DNA from: Octopus sinensis
Lineage: Eukaryota
DNA length: 64,000 nucleotides
Assembly: GCF_006345805.1 (NCBI RefSeq)
Contig: NC_042997.1
Location: 176,638,001-176,702,000, forward strand
Direction of reading: 5' to 3'
This document shows positions 38,166 to 49,955 of the stretch, one piece after another (position 1 is the first letter of the stretch; every line of letters begins with the position of its first letter). Below the pieces are notes generated by a model. It made no database searches, was not told the DNA's origin, and saw only the letters and a program-made list of their open reading frames with translations. The translations under genes and the position numbers were made by a program.

Positions 38166-41100
38166 TGAAAAAAATTCTAACTGGGCCCTACCTGCAAAGT
38201 CATGCACTGTTTATCTTGATATGAGATCACCATGTTGCGCACATATGGATGTAATGCATGGTGTACCCTTATCAGATGGGTAGTTATGATGGGTACATTG
38301 GGCTCCATATATTTGTACCCTAGTGTCACTTGGATGGCATGTGCTGCTCTCTTTCACTCAATAATAATCATCATCGTTTTAAATATCTGCTTTTCCATGC
38401 TTGCATGGGTTGGATGGAATTTGTTAGAGATGGATTTTCCAAAAGCAGGATGCCCTTCTTGTGCTGCCAACCCACTTCCGTTTCCAAGTAAGTTAATATT
38501 CCCTATAACCAAACATGTTTTCAAGGGAAACAGGAGACAAAAGTTACTGTTAGCATTGCATGATGGTAGTGCCATGCAGTGGAAATTAACCCAAGATTAT
38601 GTGGCTGGGAAGCAAACTTCTTACTACATAGCTGCATCTACACCTATAAGTTCTCTTTTTTTTTTTTGAAAAGTAAGGTATGATTTAAAGTAGATTTGGT
38701 TGGTATTGCTAGCAGATGAAGTTACTGTGTTGAGTTTTGCTAGTTGGGTCATAGACAATGGACAGCCACAGCAAATAATCAAACTCAAATAACAATTTTC
38801 CTAGATTGGCACAAGGCTACAAATATGTAAAGCAAAGGTGAGCTAGCAGAAACGTTAGCACGCCAGGCGAAATGCTTTGCGGTATTTCATTTGCTGCTAT
38901 ACGTTCTGAGTTCAAATTCCGCCAAGGTCGACTTTGCCTTTCATCCTTTCGGGGTCGATTAAATAAATACCAGTTACAAACTGGAGTCGATATAATCAAC
39001 TTAATCCATTTGTCTGTCCTTGTTTGTCCCCTCTGTGTGTAGCCCTTTGTGGGCAGAAAAGACATTAAAAAAATATGTAAAGCAAAGGTTATAGTTAAAT
39101 GAATCGACTTCAGTACAAGACTGATATGAATGAATGAATGAATGTCAAAGTCAACACTGGGTGAAAAGTGGACTTTTCATAACCATTTTCTTCTGAACTT
39201 GCTTCAAGCCAGACTCCTCCTTTCTTCACTTTCGAAAGGGCGAAACTTGAAATATTACAATCTACATATATCTACAACTGACCATATGAAACTGAAGATT
39301 AGCCAGATTTGAACTAAGAATGTAGGAGACAAAATGAAATACAAGCTATTTTGGTGTGGTGTTCTTATATTTTCTGTCACTATTTTTCTCTTTCTCCTCC
39401 TCCTCCTCTTCCTACTATTAATGTCGACAATTTGCTTCTAACAAAAGCACAAGGCGTGAAATTTTAGAAGATGAGCTTAGTTGTTTATCATCCTCAGAGG
39501 GATAAAAGGTAAAACTAACTCCAGTGAAATTTGAATCTGGAATGTAAAGAGTTGAAAAATTACACTAACATGTTAACCTTCTCCAGCAGTCTCTATACTC
39601 TTCCCTGTCACCATTAACCCTTTCGTTACTGTATTTATTTTAAGATGCTCTGTGCTTCTTTCAATTACTTTAAATATAACAAAGAATTTAGCAAAATAAC
39701 TTAGTTATCATTAAGCTAGTGTTAGGAATGTAAATTGTGACTAAGGTTTGGTGGAAGATTTTAATCCAAAACTTATGAAAACAAGGCATTTGTACTCAGA
39801 GCCAGAGCCAGTTTGGTAACGAAAAGGTTAAGTAAACTACTTGAACTACGGCCATCTATGACTAGACTTGGGATGACTATGGGAAAGGTTTTTGGTTGTC
39901 TTCTCCAAGCAGGTGGGATTTGAACTCAGAATGTAGAGAGCCGGAAAATATACCTGAAAGCATTTCTGCCAGTGCATCAATGACTCTGGCACCCTTCCAC
40001 CCACTAGAGCAATGTGAAATGAAATGTTTTTGCTCAAGAACACAACATACTACCCAGCCCAGGAATTGAACCCATGGTCTAAAGAACACCCTAACCACTA
40101 AGTCACTTGCCTTCACAATACAAATAATAATAATAATAATGATAATTTCTAACATTTACACAAGGCCACCTTGTTGGTGTGGGCTAGCCAAGGGTTTGGA
40201 ATGCAGTAAATATGTTTCTTTATTAACCACACAGGGCTGCACATGGACGGGACAGATTACAAAGTAGAGATTTTCTTTTTTGGGAAAGAGAGAAAAAAAA
40301 AAAGTGGGATAGGTTTTCGATCAAAAGGGATCGTAAAAGGGAAAGAAGAAAGAACAGAAAAAGGAAAAGAAACAAAAGAAAAAAAAACGATCAACAGGGA
40401 TCGTGTATCACAGTGTCATGATGTAAAGTGTAAAGGGAGAAGCAGATAAGGTTTATCCATGGGAAAAAAAGCCTATGGAAAAATCCACGGTAACCTCGGT
40501 CAATATTGTTACATGTTACCACATTTGTTTGCAAGTAGGTGGTAACCCTCTGTTTTAAATTTTCCGGGATCATAGGATTATGCTCTTGTCTAGAGCCTGA
40601 GTTCTCTTTTCTTTGATGTCCAGTATCTATCTTAAAAGGCTTTATAAATTTAAAAAGAATTTGCCATAGACTTGTATTTTTATGCATTTGGTAATACATT
40701 CAGTCGTGTTGTTACTCAGAGAAATATACAGAAATGAAGTAAATGTTCATGGCGCTTTCATTCTTCACAATATTTTGTATTACTAACATAAAGGCGTATA
40801 ATTTGAACTATCCTTTGATACTTTTGGCATTCACATAATTTAATTTTAATGAGACAAGCAGCAGTGAAACTATTGAAAGTACAAACTTTAATAAATCTTC
40901 TTTGGAATTCTGTATAATTTACCCAGCATAACTGAAGCTCTAAGCAAACAGTCATGTTCATTTTTATGGAGTATAAAAAATAAAAAAAAAAGTAAAAATG
41001 AAGAATTGAACTTTTGCAAAAGCATTTCATGCTTGAATTTCTCTCTCTCTTTAAACTTTTCTACAAAGATATTGTCAGTAAATCTAATTTCAAAATTGCA

Positions 41101-42681
41101 TTTCTTCAATTTTTTCTTTTTTCTTATTCTCCCTTTATATATTTTGACATTTCGTTGAATGTCAATGAAAAATTCTGACATATAGGAATTAGAATATCAA
41201 AATGAACTTTCTATCTTTTAACATTCCTCATTGGGTTATAAGTCTATATTCGTAAAAATGAAGCTTCTTTTGAATAGATACGAAGATTTAATTAAGAAGT
41301 AAGTCAACTGAACTAATAACCCTAACTTTAATAAGCTTTTGGTTTTTAATTTATTTATCCAGGAGTGACAGCATGGAAAACGTCTAGAGCTGGACAAAAT
41401 ATCTTTTATTATCTATGTGGCTATGCAGAAACGAAATTTGCTTAGTGGGTACAAACCCAGGTCCAAAATTTCTCTTAGAATCAAGGTCGATTTTTCCAAC
41501 CTTCGTATCAAAAACAAACACAGGAATAATAATAATAACTATTATTATTATATTTGTACATTAATCAAATCATATAAATCCAATTATGGAAAAGTAATGA
41601 TTCAAATCAGATCAAAAACGTTTTCACTACCCCACAAAAATTTTCGAAGGTGCTTCAGTACCCGCTGTGTTTTCGAGCCAATGATCGATGTGGACAGAAT
41701 TTGAACTAAGAAACATGGGACACAAATTAAAGAGTAAATAATAAATATGTAGTCTTGTTTTCAAACTCCACCAAAGTCTATTGAATCGGAGTTAAATAAC
41801 AAAATAGGGCAGATATACAGTCTAATTATACTATCTTCATTATTTACACTCCTGTTCAAATAAATGTTGTATAGAAACACAGTTTGAATAGCTTTTAGTT
41901 AAGTAGTACCTAGTTTCACGTGCTTTTCTATTTGTTGAACATCTGTCTACTTGCGAACAAATAAGAGCACTCTGGGAGTATAACGTACCATTCAAATTTT
42001 CACAGAAACTTTTCGCCCTCAACCTCTAAAACATAGATATTGTAGTTGCCGGGCATTTGAAAAGAATAATGTTGATATAGCTAAATATTATTAAGAATTG
42101 TATTAAGATTGTTAAAATATTTTCTGCATTGTCTAAGTATAACCAACTTATTGCACATAAATTAACAACATCTTATAATGATACGGTTAAGAACTAAGCA
42201 TCATCAATATTTGTGGAACTTGGTGGTGGGGTGTTAAATTTTACGAGAGAATGAAAACGGTATGTCATGCTCCGTTAAAAAAAAATTCTTTTTGCATATT
42301 CATAATCTCTGACATCTAAAACATAGAAATCCGAAAATTCGTTTAAAAAAAAAATGTATTTTCAAGGAGAGGTGCGAAACTGCATTAGCACCGGAGATTT
42401 GGCTGCTATTTCTACCAGATGGAGCAACAATATAGAAGCTCCTTCGTTGGTGTTTAACTCCAAATCCGCCTTGTCGAAAGCCCTATAATTAAACGTCCAG
42501 CCATGACTATCCTGTTTCATATAATTTAGGACTGCATTCTCCTATGTGGCATTTACTTTTTGAGAGAGTAGCCGTGTAGTTTGTGCGAAGGGTGTTCGGA
42601 CTAGCAGGTCGAGCGACTGCGTAGGGTAGCTAAGATACTTTCTCGGTGGTCCGATTTATAGTTTCAGTTATAAATAAATGT

Positions 42682-43025
42682 GCAGGTAGTACTTGAGATA
42701 ATAATGATAAACAATTGCAGCGTGGAAGGTATTTATAAGCCATTTAAGAAACACACAAATCCGTTAGATTCACTTCAACATTTAAATTTAATTTGCCAAA
42801 ATATTTTCGTCGCTTTGAGACCGCGACAAAACTCCGTGTTTTTGTCAGTGAACAGGTTGCGGTCTCAAAGCGACGAGATATTTTGGCAAATTAAATTTCA
42901 ATGTTGAAGTGAATCTAACGGATATTGTGTGTTTCTTAAATGGCTTATAAACACCTTTCACGCTGCAATTGTTTTCGTTCCAGCACACGATCTCAGATCA
43001 GGTCACTTGCTAAGCAAGTACACCT
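42682..43025. mobile_element. fold-back (palindromic) repeat element
   Basis: Arms 42711-42827 and 42858-42972 are inverted copies at roughly 90 percent identity by eye. A half copy lies at 21240-21427 and a fragment at about 47305-47375. Confidence 0.8.
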
Positions 43026-43098
43026 CCGCAAATAATAATAATAATTTCAAATTTTGGTACAACACCAGCAATTTGCGGAGAGGGGATAAGTCCATTAC

Positions 43099-43984
43099 GG
43101 CGGAGATAAAGACAATGGACCGCATCCCCTTTTCGCATGTTTTTTTTTTTTTTTTTAAAGGAACCCACTTTATCGAGTGCGGAGATTCCGAATCTGCATT
43201 TCAAAATTTAAATCACCACTACCACCACCACTAATTTCTTCAATTTTCACATTAAAGAAAATTTCTTTTCTGGCGAAATACGTAGAAAAATACGAAGATT
43301 ATGATTCTGAAAAAAAATTTTTGTAAAATTTCAATTTTTCAAAAAATAAATAAATACCCACCCCTCCACCCTTTGACAAGAAGTGAAATTAAAGTTCCTG
43401 ACGAACATAATAACCCAACATGTTGTCAGGGGCTTTGGGAATTAAGAGAAGTATGTAAAAATTAGATTTTTTGTTCACATAAACACAACAAAATGACATT
43501 AAATTTTTTTTTCTCTTTCGGTAATTCGTATTTAGAAAGTTGATCCTTGGTTTGGCTGTTGTTTCTAGCTTGTCTTTTTCTTTGGTAATTCGTATTAAAA
43601 TTTTGAAAACGTGTTTCTCGCATTTCAGCTTTTCTGTTTAGACACTTTTTTGCGTCTGCTAGATAACACTTTCATTTCATTTCTTGTCATAGGGCGGAGG
43701 GGAGGGGCGTTTATTTATTTATTTATTTTTGAGAAATTGAATTTTACATAATTTTTTTTTCAGAATCATAATCTCCGTATATTTCTACGTATTTCACCAA
43801 AATTTTTTTTAAAGTTAAAATTTAAGAAATTCGGGAGGGGGGAATTAAAATTTTGAAATGCAGATTTTTTTTTGCAGATTCGGAATATCTGCACTCGATA
43901 TAGTGGGTTCCTGTAAACAAAACAAAAAACAAAACAAGAAAAACCACCCCAAAGGGGATGCAGTCCATTATCTTTACCTCCGCC
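43099..43984. mobile_element. Mutator (MULE)-type non-autonomous element with about 290-bp TIRs and 9-bp TSD
   Basis: GGCGGAGATAAAG...CTTTACCTCCGCC. TSD gtccattac (43090-43098) / gtcgattac (43985-43993). Inserted into a SINE-A-related repeat that rejoins across the insertion. Confidence 0.82.
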
Positions 43985-44330
43985 GTCGATTACATCAACT
44001 CCAGTGCTCAACTGGTAATTTATTTTATCGACACCGATAGAGCTCTAATCGACTGTGCGAACACTTGGATCCATAACAGAGTGGATAAAGCAAAGATATA
44101 TATATATATATATATATAGAAATATATAAGCAGTCATGAAAGATTACATCGGTATAGAAATCAACAGAAATGTTACCAGGGAAAATACCAAAATATAACT
44201 GAAAATTTGGCGATCTTTAGTAGTATCACCAAAAATGTTCAGACAAGTTCATAATAAATTACAAACTTACTGTACACAAGACACTACTGTGTATATATAT
44301 ATATATATGTATGTATATATTGTATACCTC

Positions 44331-44391
<61 letters not shown>

Positions 44392-45696
44392 TGTATACGT
44401 GTGTGTGTGTCTGTCTATCTAATTTAATGTCAAAATTACATAACGTTTATTCCAGCTGCAAAACTATAAAGAGGGTATCTATCGTGGCAAGTGCGCGCAC
44501 CGGGATCGCTTTTCTTAAGTAGTACCTTATATATTTAGATTGTATATGTTTTCTCTCCCCCATTAGTCACTTTAACACAGTCTATTGATATTAATCAAAT
44601 GACATCGTGTAAATGTCTTTAAAACAATGCTGGCTTCGTCTGAGGATTAAGTGATATAACAAACTTCAGTTGCTCAGTAAAGAGAACACTGTAACATGCT
44701 CTCCCATGTTAATTATTTAGCAAAATAAAAGATCCAGTAGCTTCGTAGTGAACAAGACTCGTTAAAAATTATACTCACTGATAAATATATAAATATATAT
44801 CTATAACACTATTTGAAGGTTTTAAACAATATCTGCCTTATGTGTATACAAAACGTAAACACCATTTTTTTTCCATGCATACAAACATACACACGTACAT
44901 ATTATGTATGTACAGTTTTATTTCCCGTTGCATCAAGAGATAAAACCACTATGAATATTTGCTGTCAAATGTGTGGAATGCCTTTTCCGATTAGCAGTGC
45001 ATTATAATAAAAAATATCTTTATATATATATAAGTAAAATTCCGCTAGTATTAAAACCGAGACAAAGGGGGGGGGGAATTAAACACGTGGAGGCACAATA
45101 TCTATCAAATGGAAAAAAGCACAGTTTTCTTCCTTTTAAAATATTTTTATGTTGTTCAGTCAGACTTAGGGTAAAAAGTGCAAAAGCGTTCCAGCCGTGA
45201 CAATCTCGTCTTTTTTTTTCAGGCCTTGGATATTTTAGATTACATTTTTCAATGGGCATCTCCTTTTTTCAAGATGGTAGGGTGTAATTTAAAGGATATT
45301 TGGCTGTAGTTTCTAACCTTTTAGACATAGAAGTTCCATCGTTGGTTCGATAATTTCTGTAAAGCTAAACAGAAGCAGTCGCCCATTTATTCAGACACAT
45401 AATAAATAGAGATTATATAAAGTATCCCTTCCTTTACCTAAAAAGTTTTTCCAGGCAAAATAAATTATTAATATTGTTGAAAAACATTAATTCCACCTTA
45501 AGGATTTTTGATTCATAGAACGTAATGTTGCTAAATAGAATCTCACAAATAAATAATAATTTAATATTTATATATATAATTTGATTACATATTACTTTAA
45601 TTACGAAATTTCTATAGCTTCAATAACAATAACATTTCGTAAGTAATACACAAAACAGCAACAGTAGTCCGATATAAAAAGAAAAGACAATCATAC

Positions 45697-45781
45697 CTGC
45701 ATTTTGTGCTTTGTAGCAAGATATACAGCAGAGATATAGTAGAGAAATGACAAAGTTCATGGATATAAGAATATTAGACAT
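45697..45781 (-). CDS. FN3/laminin-EGF type I membrane protein (MEGF9-like), exon 1, signal peptide
   Basis: gcaaccATG start; MSNILISMNFVISLLYLCCISCYKAQNA is a hydrophobic leader; donor CAG|gtatga, phase 1. Confidence 0.75.
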
Positions 45782-47708
45782 GGTTGCGGTAGTAGTTTCC
45801 ACCGACTTGCAGAATGAAATGGATCGACGATCCTGACGGCTGGTTCAAGTTTGGTTAGCAGGTGATAGTGATTTGCCCTTGATTTAGTAAGACAGTGAAA
45901 AAGACGACTGGGATACATGTGATGCACTCTATGTCTTAATGTTCTGTTTGCAATTTCATTTCGCTCACTGTTCTCGTTGTTCAGAGAGATTTGTGTAGAA
46001 AATAATGGTTTTATTGTGTAACCCCTCACCGCAATTTGAACGTGATGTATCTCTTAAAGCTGCCACTGCTTGATAATTTGCATTCTTGATTGAATTCGTT
46101 AATGAAAGAAGAGACAATATATTTTATTTATACGTTTCCTTGGGTATCATTCACAGACAATTTCAAACCAATAATTTTTTTTGTTACATAAGCGTAATAC
46201 CTCAGATTTATTGCAAGGTGCGCTATGAAGACGCAACATTTGCATATTTCCCATGGCTAATGATTGAAACTGATTCTCAGCGTTAGCTCGTCGGACATAA
46301 TCCCCAACACCCAACTAAATAACCTACAACCTCACACATTGTTTACGAAGGTTATATAAGGATCAAGGCAGCAGTATGCGGTTATTGTATTTTATTTGGA
46401 TAATTTAGCATTTTTTTTTTCTTTTGCTTTAGCGTGTTGAACTTTCTCTTTCAGAAGTTGCGACGTCACTGGTGTTAAGCCGTATCAGCTTTTGCCTTTC
46501 CCTTACACAAAATTGGTGGCGCGGAATGGGGAGAGCGGTATGCATGGGCGACTGCTGCTTTTCTACTAACAATTTGCTGGGACTCGTGCCTCAGAGGGAA
46601 ACTTTATAGGTGTAATTTCATGGTCATTCGTGACCGAAGTGGGTCTTTACTTACACACACACACGCATATATATATATATTTTTCATTACCCACAAGGAG
46701 CTAAACATAGAGGGGACGAACAAGGACAGACAAAGGGATTAAGTCGATTACATCAACCCCAGTGCGTAATTCGTATTTAATTTATCGACCCCGAAAGGAT
46801 GAAAGGCAAAGTCGACCTCGGCGGAATTTGAACGGCAGACGAAATACGGCTACGCATTTCGCCCGGCGTGCTAACGTTTCTGCCAGCTCGCCGCCTTTGA
46901 CATATATATATATAACGTATGTATGTATAATTGATAGATAATTGCTTCATCTTGAGGGATAATAGCCGTCCCATCAACACACACACCACAGTACAATCAC
47001 TCCTTTGATGGGCCCTTAGATAACTTTTAAGACGAGCTGCTGACTGACACTTGAATAATATCTGTCACTTGAGTTTAAAACACAAGTGACAGATATTATT
47101 CAAGTTTCTTCTATAACTTTGCTCGCTGGGCAAAGTTATAGAAGTTATATATATCGTTTGTAGAAAAACAAACCCGGATAAGAAGCACACTCTAAGATGT
47201 ATTGCCTTTAATATATTATAACCGGCCTCCTCCAATTTAATATATATATATATTCTTTTATTATAATCTTTTACTTGTTTCAGTCATTTGGTTGCGACAG
47301 TTTTAAAAAACCGTTAGTTTCACTTCACAATTTTCATTTGTGTCAAAATATTTTCGTCGCTTTGAAACCACAACCGTAAAGGTTCTTTAGAGGTCCTGGG
47401 CTCACTAAAAAAATAATGTCACCAGTAATTGAACAAAGATTCAGTGGAGATTACCAATCGTATCTCAATTGTAATGAGTAAATAAATAAACAAATGGGTT
47501 TTCTTTAATCAAATGGCAGTCAGTAAAACTATTGTTTGCAGAATTAGTCATGCGCTTCGGTGAGCAGTGTGACCTGAGGAAATAAGAGAGTTGCACGACG
47601 AAAGTTTGTTGACTCAAGAAATAAACATTTAAGTTTCTTCCCATTCATTTTGTTTCATATATCCTTTTTTTTAAAAATAAACTTTAAAAAACATTAAACT
47701 TCAAGATT

Positions 47709-47761
<53 letters not shown>

Positions 47762-47765
<4 letters not shown>

Positions 47766-48088
47766 CAGAGCAAGACTGCTAGGTAGTCGGCCGTATGCTA
47801 GAAATAGATCATTAACGATCAAACTACAAAGAAAGTTCTCTTTTACACTGAACGATTGTACTGATGAGGCCACGGACATTTGAATTATGTTAGTAATTCT
47901 TTTGTTAAAGGCCGAAACCGAGGTATGCTTTAATTCTGTTTTTTTATATAAATTTTCATCTGTCCTGCCCGCCAAATTTGGTTCTGGTGTTCACTGAATT
48001 TTTCCTCTAGAGAACTTTCTTTGTAGTTTGATCGTTGATGATCTATTTCTAGCATACGGCCGACTACCTAGCAGTCTTGCCCTGCCAA
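47762..48088. mobile_element. TA-flanked element with 80-bp inverted arms enclosing a hammerhead motif
   Basis: 47762-47841 and 48009-48088 are inverted copies with 2 mismatches; TA on both sides. Confidence 0.75.
47858..47928 (+). ncRNA. type I hammerhead ribozyme motif (weak stem I)
   Basis: GTA-CTGATGA-GGCC-(38 nt)-GGCC-GAAA-CCGAG-GTA^TGC. Canonical core and stem II, quasi-palindromic stem III (ACCGAGGT), but only a 3-bp stem I. Confidence 0.55.
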
Positions 48089-48189
48089 TAAACACATATA
48101 TTAGAATTTTCTCTGATTTCTCAGATTTTTTGTATGCTAGACTACTGGTTTTAAATTGATATTGAAATTAATATTAATTTATCTCCCTC

Positions 48190-48225
<36 letters not shown>

Positions 48226-48405
48226 ATTTTATCGCATTTTGAATTTGTTTACATATTTCTCGATAAATTTTGAGCGTTAGACTATATACCAGAAATCCCT
48301 AGTTTGTCGGGTTCGTTCTGCGTCTGCGCAGTGATCTGATTAGTTAGAAAGAGCAAATTAGTAGACGCACATGTGTCTATCGAGTTGCGCTTCATAATAA
48401 CAGGA

Positions 48406-48480
48406 ATCTTACTGAAGAGCCTACCTGAGTAAATAAATATTATTTTTATTGCTGAAAAAGGTGAAACTGCAGTCTAAGAT
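48406..48480 (+). ncRNA. type I hammerhead ribozyme motif (minimal, dimer-type)
   Basis: ATCTTA-CTGAAGA-GCCT-(36 nt)-AGGT-GAAA-CTGCAG-TC^TAAGAT. Perfect 6-bp stem I, full catalytic core, palindromic stem III (ACTGCAGT) and a GUC cleavage triplet. Confidence 0.72.
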
Positions 48481-48726
48481 GAACAGAGTTAGTAAAAGTT
48501 TTTATTTTCACTTCACTAAATTTATCAAGCTTCTGTGTTTCTAGTACATACTTCGCCTTTAATGTACTTATATATGAATAATATATGACCTGTGCTAGAA
48601 ACACCAGCAATAACAATTAATTTGATTTTATCGCATTTTGAATTTGTGTATATATATATATTTATATATATATATATATATATATAAAATAAATTCGCCA
48701 TGATAGATAGATAGCCACCACACATA

Positions 48727-48890
48727 CTTTATTTTCTCTCTTTGTTTCTTTCTGTGTTCCTTTCTGTGGAAGAGCGTAGGCTCGAAACGTTAAAGACTTT
48801 TTCACTTCTCGGGCGTTAAATTAATACATCTGTTTGTTGTCCACACCACCTGTCTTCGTCTTTTTTTTTGTGTGAATTCTTCCTATATAT
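48727..48890 (+). repeat. dispersed repeat carrying a variant hammerhead-like motif (Penelope-like pLTR fragment suspected)
   Basis: Same sequence at about 55030-55200 (+), 59828-59990 (-) and 29640-29815 (-). All contain CTTT-CTGTNGA-A-GAGCGTAGGCTC-GAAACGT-H-AAAG or decayed versions of it. Confidence 0.7.
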
Positions 48891-49237
48891 ATATATGTAT
48901 CAAATGAAATCAAAAACAGAGCACAAAGGATGTCGCGGTACACGTGTTTCAAGCTTTATAAACGACCTATTCTTACATCAGTGAATAATAGACATAAAGA
49001 ATGGTTTAAAGCTCTCTTCAGCTGCATGCAATTGTTATTCCAAAGAGTTACATCACACTATGAAAAATCCGAAAGGTACATTTAGTATTATTCATAATGA
49101 TAGGTATATCATGTCTCCCTGAGAGAGTGTATTTGTAAAATTTCATAACCAAATAGGCGTGTAGGGTATCATTGGATTTCGAAAATCTGTCCACCAGTCA
49201 ACATAGAGTGAATGTTAAATATTGAACTTCAAGATTT

Positions 49238-49311
<74 letters not shown>

Positions 49312-49899
49312 AAGCCATGTCAGAAAGACAGTAGTCTTCCTTCAAGTGTGGACGGCTTTCCTGTCTCTCTCTCGCCGTCCTCAAAAGCGTTCATAATATT
49401 TTTTCTTTCGTTTTGGCTTAACAGCTCTCAATGTCTGTGTTACTGTTATTCTCCTTGTCATGTCTTTTACTGTTTATATTTTGTACTGTCTTTACTGTCC
49501 AGTTTTTGTTACCATTTTTACTCCTCCACAAAAAAATCTTTTGCGGGAAGGATTGTTTCAACGGAGTCGTGTCTCGCCTTTACCTTCGTAACGCGGAGTA
49601 AATGAAACAGAGGCGGCTGAAGAAGGGGAATTTTCCTTGTGTTGTATGTCTTGTACCCTATTTTTTCGTTGTTTAAGAAAAATGTCCATTTCCTTGGTTT
49701 TGTGTTTATGTTTTCGTTTCTCATTGTGTTCGACGTTTTTTTGGTGTCCTGTACCCATATATGCATGTATATATACATATAGATGTAGGTACGTACATAT
49801 ATGTGTGTATATATGCATATGTTTTATTTATTAATTTGTTATTATATGACGGAACGCACGCATCCATTTCTAAGTAAGTTTTATCTATATATGTATATA

Positions 49900-49955
<56 letters not shown>

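Noticed and set aside
48300-48400. CpG-containing stretch with TGCGCA as a possible promoter
   Set aside because: A short motif only, with no transcript evidence.
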